Positions 16,777 to 25,163 are shown, counted from the stretch's first letter. The stretch is 32,338 bases of DNA from an uncultured Oscillospiraceae bacterium (GCA_964489575.1 CAZAZI010000003.1:1-32338), one strand, 5' to 3'. Notes: generated by a model from the sequence alone, not told the origin. Numbers and translations are program-made.

Positions 16777-17043
16777 ATGAAAAACGCGGATATGACCGAT
16801 CGGGAGCTGGAGACAAAGCTTTGGGGCGATGACTTGGACGCCGCTTTCGCGGATGTGACCGATGCGGATTTCGACAGGCTGCTCGTGCGCGTATACGATG
16901 CCAACGGTTACCCCTACATGGATGAATTTGAATACATCGACGCCTGCATCTGCAACCGCGGCGTGGAGAAACGGCGGGCTGTGTTCCACGCCTGGCGAAA
17001 TGCGCATGATCACGACACTCCAATGCTTCATCATGAAGAATGA
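16777..17043 (+). CDS. Small acidic hypothetical protein (88 aa)
   Basis: ATG 16777 follows a G-rich stretch. No motif recognised. Composition is coding-like (MKNADMTDRELETKLWGDDLDAAFADVTDADFDRLL...). Confidence 0.4.
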   Translation: MKNADMTDRELETKLWGDDLDAAFADVTDADFDRLLVRVYDANGYPYMDEFEYIDACICNRGVEKRRAVFHAWRNAHDHDTPMLHHEE

Positions 17044-17131
17044 AAGCGCATTCCGTGCCGGGCGGAAGCTCAAGCTTGACGGGAGAAGCCAATGAAGCGC
17101 TTTATCGTACCTACAACCACACTGATGCTCA

Positions 17132-17408
17132 ATGTCTCCTTTTCAGGCCGGGCGGCTCTTCCTTTGCATGGAACATGGGGATGGCGAACAGGCCGTTGCC
17201 GGCTATAAATGTAAACTCACAAAACAGGAAACGGATATTGTCGACGGGGTCATCCAGGGGAAGAACAACGCGCAGCTGCCAACGCGCCGGGCTTATCGGA
17301 AAACACCATAAAACGCATATCCGAAGCATCTACCGCAAAGCGGGCGCAAACAGCCGCACCGCGCTTTCCTATATCCTGATGATGCGCTGCGCACATAAGA
17401 ACGATTAA
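17132..17408 (+). pseudogene. Stand-alone GerE/LuxR-type HTH gene disrupted by two 1-nt frameshifts
   Basis: Three frames together spell the HTH. KLTKQETDIVDGVIQGKNNAQL is in the frame of ATG 17132/17168. NAPGLSENTIK follows a shift at 17276-17281. THIRSIYRKAGANSRTALSYILMM follows a shift in A-run 17310-17313, in the frame of listed ORF 17040-17408. Confidence 0.55.
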
Positions 17409-17421
17409 AGCCACAGATTGG

Positions 17422-17450
17422 AGCTTTGCGGCGGATGCGGGGCTTTTTTT
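17422..17450 (+). terminator. Probable rho-independent terminator
   Basis: AGCTTTGC (17422-17429), loop GGCGGAT, GCGGGGCT (17437-17444). This gives 8 pairs including 3 G-U, running into a T7 run (17444-17450). Confidence 0.5.
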
Positions 17451-17452
17451 AG

Positions 17453-17476
17453 AATATCACCCAATCGGGTGATATT
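17453..17476. repeat. Perfect 10-bp inverted repeat (24-bp palindromic site)
   Basis: AATATCACCC (17453-17462), AATC, GGGTGATATT (17467-17476), followed by CGTTTT. Confidence 0.6.
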
Positions 17477-17643
17477 CGTTTTCCCTCCCGGATGATACCC
17501 TATTACAAAAGGAGATTGCCTTTTCAAGGATAGGAAGGCCGCCCTTGATCTTACAGAAGCCTCTAAGTGATAGCTTGCGGCGGGCGCGGCGTATGCCCGC
17601 CGTCAAAACAGGATAGCCGCCATATAAGGCAAGGAGGTTTTGC

Positions 17644-19905
17644 ATGTATCACAAAAACCATACGGCAGGAATAATGAAGATCATAAAGTCCGGCAAAGGC
17701 CGTACAGCGTGTGCAGGAAACCAGTACAGTTTTACCATGTGCCGACGGTGCATCGCCCTGCTGCTGACCGCCTGCCTCCTTCTTCCGATGCTGGCAGCCT
17801 GCGGGAAGAGTGGGCATACGGCCGCCAAGCCGAATGAGGGAAAGCTCACGCCGGAAAACACGCGCGTAGGTTCGGATACGCTATCGCTGAGCCTGGGGCA
17901 GTATCCGCTTGAAGGAGAGGCCGAATGCCGCATTGCGCCTGTGGAGAATCCGCCGCCGCTCCCGGGAGCGGACATCCGGGCCTATTCCTTCGAGATCGAC
18001 ACGCAAGAGGATCTCCTTTCCGTCATGGAGCTGACCATTCCATTCGATGACGCCGCCCTGCAAGAGCAAAGCCCCCAGGGAAATATCGCGGCGGCCTATT
18101 ACAACGAAGAAACCACCGCTTGGGAGCCGGTGCCGTTTCGCATCAACGAGGATACGCGCACCATCACCATCTATACGGATCACCTCTCCGTTTACGGCTG
18201 CTTCGAGGTGACAAACCCCAATACCCGCGAGGCCTACGCGGCCTATGCTATCCCCGCCTTTGCCATGACCGGCATGATGGGAAATGCGGACCCCAACAGC
18301 ATTATCACCACGGCGGTGTCTAATGGGGGAACGCCCGGAGACGACGCGGTAGAGGCGGGCCTTTCTATTATGGATAAGGTGCTCAACCTAAGCATCGCCG
18401 GGGTGGATACCGCCGCTTTTCTAAGTGAGCTGGGCGGCTCCACCGGGGCGGCCGGCGCATCCTTATTGGGTGATATCGGCAAGCGGCTGGGCGACCTGGG
18501 CCTCCTATGCTCCATCGCGCAGGTGGGCTACGGCATGTACAATGTCTATAACGGCAAAACCGACGCCGTGTTCCCTTGCTATGCCGACGCCCTCAAAACC
18601 GGAGTGGGCTACACCGGGGGCAAGTTGGGGGGGCGTCTGTTCAGCGTAGCGATGGTAGGCGTTCTGGCCATTGAATATTCCATCAACACCTTCGCGCAGG
18701 AGGCGCTCTCCGGTCGAAAGGATATTTATAACGAAGCCTACCGGCTCTACTATGACAGCCCAGGCGTGAAGCGCAGCGCCCGGGATTGGGCGGCGATCCT
18801 TATCAAGGCTAAGGAGGGGGCCGCTTCCGCCGAGCGCTATCAGCTGCGGGTGGAAGGCCTGGTGCAGCGGTATGCGGATGAATTCTGGCAGGATGAACTT
18901 CGGATAGCGGAATATCAGGAGCAGGCGCAAACGCATGGCTTCACGGGGGGCGGCGGCTTAAACGAGAGAATCAAGGCGGAGATCACCAACGACTTTAAGC
19001 TGGGGCTGTACCGGGGTGTGCTGCAGGACGCTTTTAAGCTCATCGCCCAGAAGGAAGCGATGGCGGCGGAGCGGGCGCTCCTGGCTGAGCTGGACTTCAT
19101 GAAGGCGAAGCTGAATACCCCCTGCGCCCTGGAGCTTTACGACGGCACTTTAAGCGAAACCAAGCCCCATTCCCATTTGGCCGGGGCCAGGGCTGCTATC
19201 AAGCTGCCTGATACGGTAACGGGCGCGGAGGCTTGGAGCGCGATCTTAGACGAACAGGGCAATGGCTCGATCCGCTTCACTTTGCTGGGCTACCTCATGG
19301 CGAACGGCCCTAAGGAGCTGGAGATTTATGAGGAGGATGCGGCGGGGCCCGCGCCCACGCTAACGCTCCCCTTTTCCATGGAAACGGCTACAGCGCGCCT
19401 GGATATCGGCGTGGAGGCCCTGCCCCTCTCCGAACTGCTGGGGGATCATCACGGCACCATCACGCTTACGGAGGTTTTTATCTCGGACGCCATCATGAGC
19501 CGGGCGGAGAACGACCCCTACTACTTTGATAATGAAGACCTGGATTTTCACGGGGATTGCGACGCTGCCATGCTCGTGGCGCTCAAGGAGGCGGAGGGCC
19601 AGGTGAATCCCTGCCTGATACAGATCAGCTCCGATGATCCGTTAAGCGGCAATGCCGCCATCACCCTCCACTTGGGCGAGGAGGGGGGCGCCCAGCTTTT
19701 CCAAAGCCATTACGGGAACGGCGTTTTCACCATGGAGGAGGAAGCGGCCTCTATGGAGGGATTTAACGTGTCGCTGCGTTTGAGCGCCGCCAAGGACGTG
19801 GACGGTACCATCCGCCTCGCCGGCGCGTTTGAGGCCTGGCCGCCGCAGTACGAGAATGATCTTAAAATGTATATGACCATCGAAACCAGCAGGGCGGCTC
19901 AGTAG
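17644..19905 (+). CDS. Large lipoprotein (753 aa), unknown function
   Basis: AAGGAGG 17631-17637, ATG 17644. After a 31-aa basic N-region comes CIALLLTACLLLPMLAAC|GKSG (lipobox). A beta-rich N-domain (IRAYSFEIDTQEDLL...TITIYTDHLSVYG) is followed by a central Gly-rich hydrophobic/helical region (GGKLGGRLFSVAMVGVLAIEYSINTF), then coiled-coil-like and beta-rich C-terminal parts. Confidence 0.8.
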   Translation: MYHKNHTAGIMKIIKSGKGRTACAGNQYSFTMCRRCIALLLTACLLLPMLAACGKSGHTAAKPNEGKLTPENTRVGSDTLSLSLGQYPLEGEAECRIAPVENPPPLPGADIRAYSFEIDTQEDLLSVMELTIPFDDAALQEQSPQGNIAAAYYNEETTAWEPVPFRINEDTRTITIYTDHLSVYGCFEVTNPNTREAYAAYAIPAFAMTGMMGNADPNSIITTAVSNGGTPGDDAVEAGLSIMDKVLNLSIAGVDTAAFLSELGGSTGAAGASLLGDIGKRLGDLGLLCSIAQVGYGMYNVYNGKTDAVFPCYADALKTGVGYTGGKLGGRLFSVAMVGVLAIEYSINTFAQEALSGRKDIYNEAYRLYYDSPGVKRSARDWAAILIKAKEGAASAERYQLRVEGLVQRYADEFWQDELRIAEYQEQAQTHGFTGGGGLNERIKAEITNDFKLGLYRGVLQDAFKLIAQKEAMAAERALLAELDFMKAKLNTPCALELYDGTLSETKPHSHLAGARAAIKLPDTVTGAEAWSAILDEQGNGSIRFTLLGYLMANGPKELEIYEEDAAGPAPTLTLPFSMETATARLDIGVEALPLSELLGDHHGTITLTEVFISDAIMSRAENDPYYFDNEDLDFHGDCDAAMLVALKEAEGQVNPCLIQISSDDPLSGNAAITLHLGEEGGAQLFQSHYGNGVFTMEEEAASMEGFNVSLRLSAAKDVDGTIRLAGAFEAWPPQYENDLKMYMTIETSRAAQ

Positions 19906-19922
19906 CCGCCCTCGGGAGAAGC

Positions 19923-20726
19923 ATGCTGCCCGAAATGAACATTCTGGGGCTTTCCCTGCACAGCTATGAAGCCTTTGCCGCTCTGGCGGCGGGCCTTGGC
20001 CTGTTGCTTTGTTGGCGCGGCCTAAAGGGGCTGCATCTTGGCCTCTGGCGCTGGCTGCTGCCCATGCTGCTGGCGGTCGTCGCCCTAGCTGGCGCAAGGC
20101 TCTGGAATTGCGCCGTGAACCCCTCTCAGTTCGGCCCGGCCTTTCCCCTTTGGAGCCTGCGTTACGGCAGGCTCTCCCTCTATGGCGGCTTGCTCGCCGC
20201 TTTTCTTGCCCTGCTGCTTTTCTGCCGGCTGAAAAAAGCCAGCCCCCTGCCCATGATGGACGCCATGGTACTGCCGGGGGGTGCGGGGCTGATTCTTTTG
20301 AAGCTTGGCTGCTTCCTGAACGGCTGCTGCTTTGGCAAAGCCACCAACGGGCCTTTGGGGTTTGTTTTTCCGGCCAATGGAAGCGCCTATGATTTCTTGG
20401 ACGCTCTGCCCTTCCTCAGCCCACTAACGCGCAGCGTTTACCCTACGCAGCTTTTCGAAGCGCTGGGGGCCGCCCTCTGCCTCCTTATCGTCTTTCCGAT
20501 AGCCCGCCGACGCAAATGGCCCCCGGGCGCACCGGCCCTGCTCTATGCGTTTTGCTTCACCCTGGTGCGGCTCATCATACACCCGCTACGGGTTTTTCCC
20601 TATGATATTTGGATCACAACGGTTCTTTACCCGGCAATGTACGCCGCAATCCTGGTAATCTGCGCGGTTGCGCTTATCAGGATTTCCGGCTCACAGCAAG
20701 AGCGAAGCCGATTCACCGGCCGCTAA
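19923..20726 (+). CDS. lgt: Prolipoprotein diacylglyceryl transferase (Lgt) family protein, divergent
   Basis: Starts 17 nt after the lipoprotein gene. Polytopic membrane protein with LSLYGGLL (position of GG-x-x-HGG), LKLGCFLNGCCFGKAT (position of GR-x-G-x-F-x-N...G) and VYPTQLFEALG (position of PTQLYE). Lys and Tyr replace the usual Arg and His. Confidence 0.7.
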   Translation: MLPEMNILGLSLHSYEAFAALAAGLGLLLCWRGLKGLHLGLWRWLLPMLLAVVALAGARLWNCAVNPSQFGPAFPLWSLRYGRLSLYGGLLAAFLALLLFCRLKKASPLPMMDAMVLPGGAGLILLKLGCFLNGCCFGKATNGPLGFVFPANGSAYDFLDALPFLSPLTRSVYPTQLFEALGAALCLLIVFPIARRRKWPPGAPALLYAFCFTLVRLIIHPLRVFPYDIWITTVLYPAMYAAILVICAVALIRISGSQQERSRFTGR

Positions 20727-20737
20727 AGGAGGGTGGT

Positions 20738-21217
20738 ATGAACGATATGCGGGAAGCGCTCCGCTAGGAAATCAGCGTACCTATATTCAGAAGCGCTGTT
20801 ATATTAAGGCAGCTCGGCATTGCCATAGGCATTCCCTTCGGCCTTGTTGCGCTGGTCATCGGGTTTACCTCGGGAAAAAGCGTCTATACGCTGTATGCGC
20901 TTGGGTTCATCGCCGCGTTGCTGATCTTCGCATGGCTCTTTATCTTGGCGGCCTATCGGGGCAAATATGAAGCCGCGTTCGTGCTGGATCGAACAGGGGC
21001 TCTGTGCCGCACGCAGCCAAGGCAGGCCGAAAAGAAAAGGAAGTGGGCGTTACGTTTTAGGTGTTTCCATCCTCGGGCGGCACATGCCTGATTACGCATT
21101 CCCGTGTTGGTTCTTGTTTCGGGCGCGATTGGCGGGTTCTTCGCCGGTGGCGCCTTTGCTATTCGCGCTATGTTCAGCGTGCCCGCGCGCCTTCGCTTTT
21201 TCTTGATTGCCGTTTAG
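20738..21217 (+). pseudogene. Membrane-protein reading frame (160 codons) with two in-frame stop codons
   Basis: AAGGAGGG 20726-20733 overlaps the lgt stop; ATG 20738. One frame reads MNDMREALR-TAG(20765-20767)-EISVPIFRSAVILRQLGIAIGIPFGLVALVIGF...FIAALLIFAWLFILAAYRGKYEAAFVLDRTG...-TGA(21089-21091)-LRIPVLVLVSGAIGGFFAGGAFAIRAMF...-TAG(21215-21217). No start codon is available after the first stop. Confidence 0.5.
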
Positions 21218-21402
21218 AAATCAAGAAATTTACGGAGGCTTACCGATGCAGATAAGCAATTCGCAAGATTTCCATGCGTTCTTCTATGCCCACGATTCAT
21301 GTTTGAAGCGCCTGATGCGCTTGAGATCTATCAAATCGCACGAAAAGCCACGAGCAATCAGGGATATCTTACAGTTTTATCGGGAAGCGATCGTTATATG
21401 GG

Positions 21403-21431
21403 TTGAAAATTTTGTTCAAGTCTGTTATAAT
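21403..21431 (+). promoter_or_regulatory. Near-consensus sigma-70 promoter upstream of cdaR
   Basis: TTGAAA (21403-21408), 17 nt, TATAAT (21426-21431), in an AT-rich stretch about 92 nt upstream of ATG 21523. Confidence 0.6.
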
Positions 21432-21522
21432 TGTTACAAGTATAAGTTTAAATCCTGTTAATTTTGTTAATTTTCTTAACTTTGCTGTTTTTCTAATCAT
21501 TCAACACAGAAAGGATCGTGCA

Positions 21523-22674
21523 ATGATGAGTATCTCCAAGCGCAGCGCGCAGCAAATCGTTGAGGAGATGCGCGGAATTATCAAGCATCATATCAATATG
21601 ATGGATCAAACCGGTACCATTATTGCCAGTACGGATCCCCAGCGTATCGGTACGTACCATAAGGTCGCCCAGCAAGTGATCAACCAGCGTTTGCCCGTGC
21701 TGATGGTTTATAAAGACAACGAATACGATGGCATTCGCAGAGGAATAAACTTGCCTTTGGTGATCGAGGATGATTACATCGGTGTGGTCGGTATCACCGG
21801 CGAGCCCGAGCAAGTAAAGGATTACGGAAAGATCATCCAGCATATGACCAAAATTCTGTTGATGGAAAACTATACCCGTGAGCAGCGCAGGATAGCGGAG
21901 CAGTCGCGCAACCAGTTTCTGGTAGAATGGCTTTTTGAACCTGTAAACGCCCAAGATAACGCCTTTGTTCAGCGCGGCAAATCGCTGGGTATTCATATTC
22001 GCATACCGCGGCGTGTGATGCTGGTAAGGGCCATAAGTCCCGCAGGCAAGGAAGCGTTGGAGCAGTCCGCGCTCAATCAAATCGAAGAAACGGTTAAGAA
22101 AATAATCATAGAAGAGCCGGATTGCCATTTTCTAAGAATGAGCTCTTTTTTCGGCTGCCTGGTAACCAAACGGGATAATGATGAAATGGAGATTTTAGCG
22201 CGGAAGGTAATCGATGCGCTTGGCCGCTATGGCGCCTCGGCCGCAATCGGCATTGACTTTTGGCAGCCGGGAAACGTCTCGATCCAAACCGGCTACGCGC
22301 GCGCCTTCAAAGCATTGCGAACTTGCGAGGATTCGGGCGCAACGGCTATCACTTTCTACGATTCCCTCACTACGGAAATATTCCTAAGCGAAATCTCATA
22401 TGGCAGCAAGCGTGAATTTATTAGCAGGGTGTTTTACAACTGCCCGGAAGAGTCCATCGGCGAGTACGTGAAGCTGCTGGAGGTATATTATGCCTGCAAC
22501 GGCTCCCTGATCCACACGGCGGAAAAGCTCTATATACACAAAAACACGCTACAGCAAAAGCTGAACAAGCTGAGCATTCAAACCGGCTTCGACCCCCGTA
22601 GCTATAAGGATGCGACGCTCTATATGCTGGCCATTCAGTTATATAAAGATTTATTGGATTTGGGCGAATTCTAA
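21523..22674 (+). CDS. cdaR: Sugar-diacid (carbohydrate diacid) regulator, CdaR/PucR family
   Basis: ATG 21523 (MMSISK) lies inside the listed ORF 21403-22674. The N-terminus AQQIVEEMRGIIKHHINMMDQTGTIIASTDPQRIGTYH...RRGINLPLVIEDDYIGVVGITGEPEQVKDYGKII parallels E. coli CdaR. C-terminal PucR HTH: LIHTAEKLYIHKNTLQQKLNKL. Confidence 0.85.
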   Translation: MMSISKRSAQQIVEEMRGIIKHHINMMDQTGTIIASTDPQRIGTYHKVAQQVINQRLPVLMVYKDNEYDGIRRGINLPLVIEDDYIGVVGITGEPEQVKDYGKIIQHMTKILLMENYTREQRRIAEQSRNQFLVEWLFEPVNAQDNAFVQRGKSLGIHIRIPRRVMLVRAISPAGKEALEQSALNQIEETVKKIIIEEPDCHFLRMSSFFGCLVTKRDNDEMEILARKVIDALGRYGASAAIGIDFWQPGNVSIQTGYARAFKALRTCEDSGATAITFYDSLTTEIFLSEISYGSKREFISRVFYNCPEESIGEYVKLLEVYYACNGSLIHTAEKLYIHKNTLQQKLNKLSIQTGFDPRSYKDATLYMLAIQLYKDLLDLGEF

Positions 22675-22776
22675 ATGATCGCGCAAGCTTTGCCGCCGCC
22701 ACCCGGCCCCTTGCGCGCGTTCTGACTAGCAGGTGAAGCGCCCTGCACGGCGCACGGTATAAACGGCTCCCAGGCT

Positions 22777-24438
22777 TTAATCCCAGTCCAGCGCCTGCAA
22801 AAGCGCCTCGCGGCGGCCCGTAAGGTCAAGGGAACGGATATGGGCCCGCAGGGGCAAAATCGCAGCCGGGGCCATCGATAGCTCGTCGATGCCCATCGCC
22901 AAAAACAGCTCGGTCAACTCCTTATCGGCCGCAAGCTCCCCGCAAATGCCAATCCACTTCCCCTCTTTGTGGATGCTTTCCGCCGCGCGGCGGATCAGCC
23001 GCAAAAGGCCGGGGTGGCGCTTATCCAGATAGCGGTCAAGCCGGCTGTTCTGCCGGTCAATCGCCAGAGAATACTGCGTCAGATCGTTCGTGCCCACGCT
23101 GAAAAAATCCGCCGTCTTGGAAAGCCTGTCGCTGACCATCGCCGCGGCCGGGGTCTCGATCATGATACCCAGCTCAACATCGGGGGCATAAGCCTTGCCC
23201 TCCGCAATCAACTCGCGCTTGGCCTCCTCGAGCAGGGCGCGCGCCGCCTCCACCTCCCAAGGCGCGGTGACCATGGGCAGCATAATGGCAAGCCTTCCGT
23301 GCGCGCTAGCGCGCAGCAAGGCGCGCAGCTGGGTTTTGAACACCTCCGTGCGGTCAAGACAGATACGGATGGCCCTGTAGCCCAGCGCGGGGTTTTCTTC
23401 TTTTTCCAGGCCGAAATAGTCCGCCTGCTTATCCGCGCCGATATCCAGCGTGCGGATGATTACGCGCTTTGGCGAAAATTGCTCGCAGACCGCCCGATAG
23501 GCCGCATACTGCCTTTCCTCGGAGGGGTAATCGCTTTCCTGCAAATATAAAAACTCGCTGCGGAAAAGCCCAACGCCCTCGGCGTCGTTTTCCAGGGCCG
23601 GCGACGCGTCGCTAACGCTGCCGATATTGGCGCAAAGCTCCACTCGTTGGCCGTCCCGGGTGATGGAGGGCAAGCCTCGAAGCGCGTCCAATTGCAGTTT
23701 GGCCGCGCTTTGCGCCGCGCTTTGCGCGCGATAGCGCCGCAGGGTCTCCTCGTCCGGCTCGGCGATGACCAAGCCTTCGTTTCCGTCTACGATCACGGCC
23801 GCGCCGTTCCATTCTTTCAGCCCGCCGCCAAGCCCCATCACAGCGGGCAGCCCTATGGTTCTGGCAAAAATCGCGGCGTGCCCGGTTTCGGCGCCGCCCT
23901 CGGTAATCAGGGCCCATACCTTTTCCCGGTCAAAGCGCGCCGTTTCACTGGGGGAAAAATCCTCAGCCGCGTAAATTCCGGCCTGTGCCGGGATGCCGCT
24001 GCCCGCGCCGCCGGCCAACTGCTCTAAAAGCCCCCGTGAAACATCCCTAACATCGGCGGCCCGCGCCTGCATATAAGAATCCTCCATGGCGGCAAAGCCG
24101 GCGGCGAAGGTCTGCGCGGTCTGCTCCACGGCATATTCGGCGCAGGCGCGTTCCTTGCGGATTATGGCGCATATGCTATCCTCATAGTCTTCATCCAGCA
24201 GCATCATGCGATGGATCTCAAACAAGAGGGCGTTTTCCTCTCCAAGCTTTTCTCTGGTGTGCTGCTCCAGCCGCGTTAGCTCCGCGATGGCCTTTTTACG
24301 CGCGGCGAAAAAGCGCTGCACCTCCGCTTCCGGGTCGGCAACGCCGCGTTTTTCCGTTTGAATTTCCCGTCTTTCCAGCCAGAACAGCGTACCGATAGCG
24401 AGGCCCGCGCTGGCGGCCTTTCCTCTGATGATTTTCAC
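22777..24438 (-). CDS. ptsI: Phosphoenolpyruvate-protein phosphotransferase (PTS Enzyme I)
   Basis: 553 aa with a GTG start. Shows the GGAETGHAAIFARTIGLPAV phospho-His region, GLFRSEFLY, and the C-terminal PEP-utilising TIM barrel GTNDLTQY. Confidence 0.9.
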   Translation of the reverse strand: MKIIRGKAASAGLAIGTLFWLERREIQTEKRGVADPEAEVQRFFAARKKAIAELTRLEQHTREKLGEENALLFEIHRMMLLDEDYEDSICAIIRKERACAEYAVEQTAQTFAAGFAAMEDSYMQARAADVRDVSRGLLEQLAGGAGSGIPAQAGIYAAEDFSPSETARFDREKVWALITEGGAETGHAAIFARTIGLPAVMGLGGGLKEWNGAAVIVDGNEGLVIAEPDEETLRRYRAQSAAQSAAKLQLDALRGLPSITRDGQRVELCANIGSVSDASPALENDAEGVGLFRSEFLYLQESDYPSEERQYAAYRAVCEQFSPKRVIIRTLDIGADKQADYFGLEKEENPALGYRAIRICLDRTEVFKTQLRALLRASAHGRLAIMLPMVTAPWEVEAARALLEEAKRELIAEGKAYAPDVELGIMIETPAAAMVSDRLSKTADFFSVGTNDLTQYSLAIDRQNSRLDRYLDKRHPGLLRLIRRAAESIHKEGKWIGICGELAADKELTELFLAMGIDELSMAPAAILPLRAHIRSLDLTGRREALLQALDWD

Positions 24439-24465
24439 GCCTTGTCCTTTCCCCTGCCGTGCAGC

Positions 24466-24723
24466 TTAAACATGCTCTATAAGATAGCCTCGAATCGCCT
24501 CGGCCGCTTCACGCTCGTCCTCGCCCGAAACCGTTACCAAAATCGTGCTGCCGCCCTTGGTGCCAAGACCCATCACCTGAAAGAGCTTTTTGGCGCTGAC
24601 AGTTTTGTCCCCCAATGTGAGCTGAATCTCAGATTTAAAGCCCGCGGCCAGCTTGACCAGCTGGCCGGCCGGCCGGGCATGCAGGCCAAGCGTGTCCTGC
24701 ACCGTGTGGTCGATCGTTATCAT
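24466..24723 (-). CDS. ptsH: Phosphocarrier protein HPr
   Basis: 85 aa with the GLHARPA His-15 motif. AAAGGAG precedes the ATG. Confidence 0.9.
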   Translation of the reverse strand: MITIDHTVQDTLGLHARPAGQLVKLAAGFKSEIQLTLGDKTVSAKKLFQVMGLGTKGGSTILVTVSGEDEREAAEAIRGYLIEHV

Positions 24724-24775
24724 GCTGCGCTCCTTTATATAAGCTTGCCGGCCCCGGTGAGGGGGCCGGCTTTGA

Positions 24776-25159
24776 CTATTTGCTGAGCCGGAATTCCTCC
24801 AGCTGTTCTAAAATCTCCGCAACGCCAAGGCCGCCGGCCATGGACACGGCCGCCATAACGCTACCCTCCACCAGGGCCGCAGGGGAAAGATGCACGTTCG
24901 CTTTTCGATCGTCGTCCAGCGCGTCGATCGCCGTTTCCACAGTCAGCAGGGACGAGCCCATATCAGCCAGAATGATGACCTCTCCTTTTGCCGTCGCCGC
25001 CTCCAGCAGCTCAAAAATCGCGTCAAAGTCGGAACCGAGCGTGCCCGCCTTGGTGCCGCCCACGGCAATCACGGGCGCGCCGCCGCTAACCTCCTCGGAT
25101 AGTTCCTTTACGCCCTCCGCGATCTTGCGGCTATGGGATACAAGCATCAGAGAAACCAT
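24776..25159 (-). CDS. dhaM: Dihydroxyacetone kinase phosphotransfer subunit DhaM (EIIA-Man-like domain only)
   Basis: MVSLMLVSHSRKIAEGVKEL...LGSDFDAI...VIILADMGSS...PALVEG. AGGGAGG precedes the ATG. Confidence 0.85.
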   Translation of the reverse strand: MVSLMLVSHSRKIAEGVKELSEEVSGGAPVIAVGGTKAGTLGSDFDAIFELLEAATAKGEVIILADMGSSLLTVETAIDALDDDRKANVHLSPAALVEGSVMAAVSMAGGLGVAEILEQLEEFRLSK

Positions 25160-25163
25160 GATA

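Noticed and set aside
20738-21217. Stop-codon recoding (selenocysteine, pyrrolysine or an alternative genetic code) as the explanation for the in-frame TAG and TGA
   Set aside because: About 30 other genes in the window read cleanly with the standard code and use both TAG and TGA as terminators. No SECIS-like hairpin is evident after 21091.
21245-21461. 72-aa ORF (MQISNSQDFH...) in the AT-rich stretch, within listed ORF 21207-21461
   Set aside because: It has a GGAGG 7 nt upstream, but it runs through the near-consensus cdaR promoter and ends in Cys/Tyr/Lys-rich text from AT-rich DNA. It is left uncalled and could be tested by Ribo-seq.
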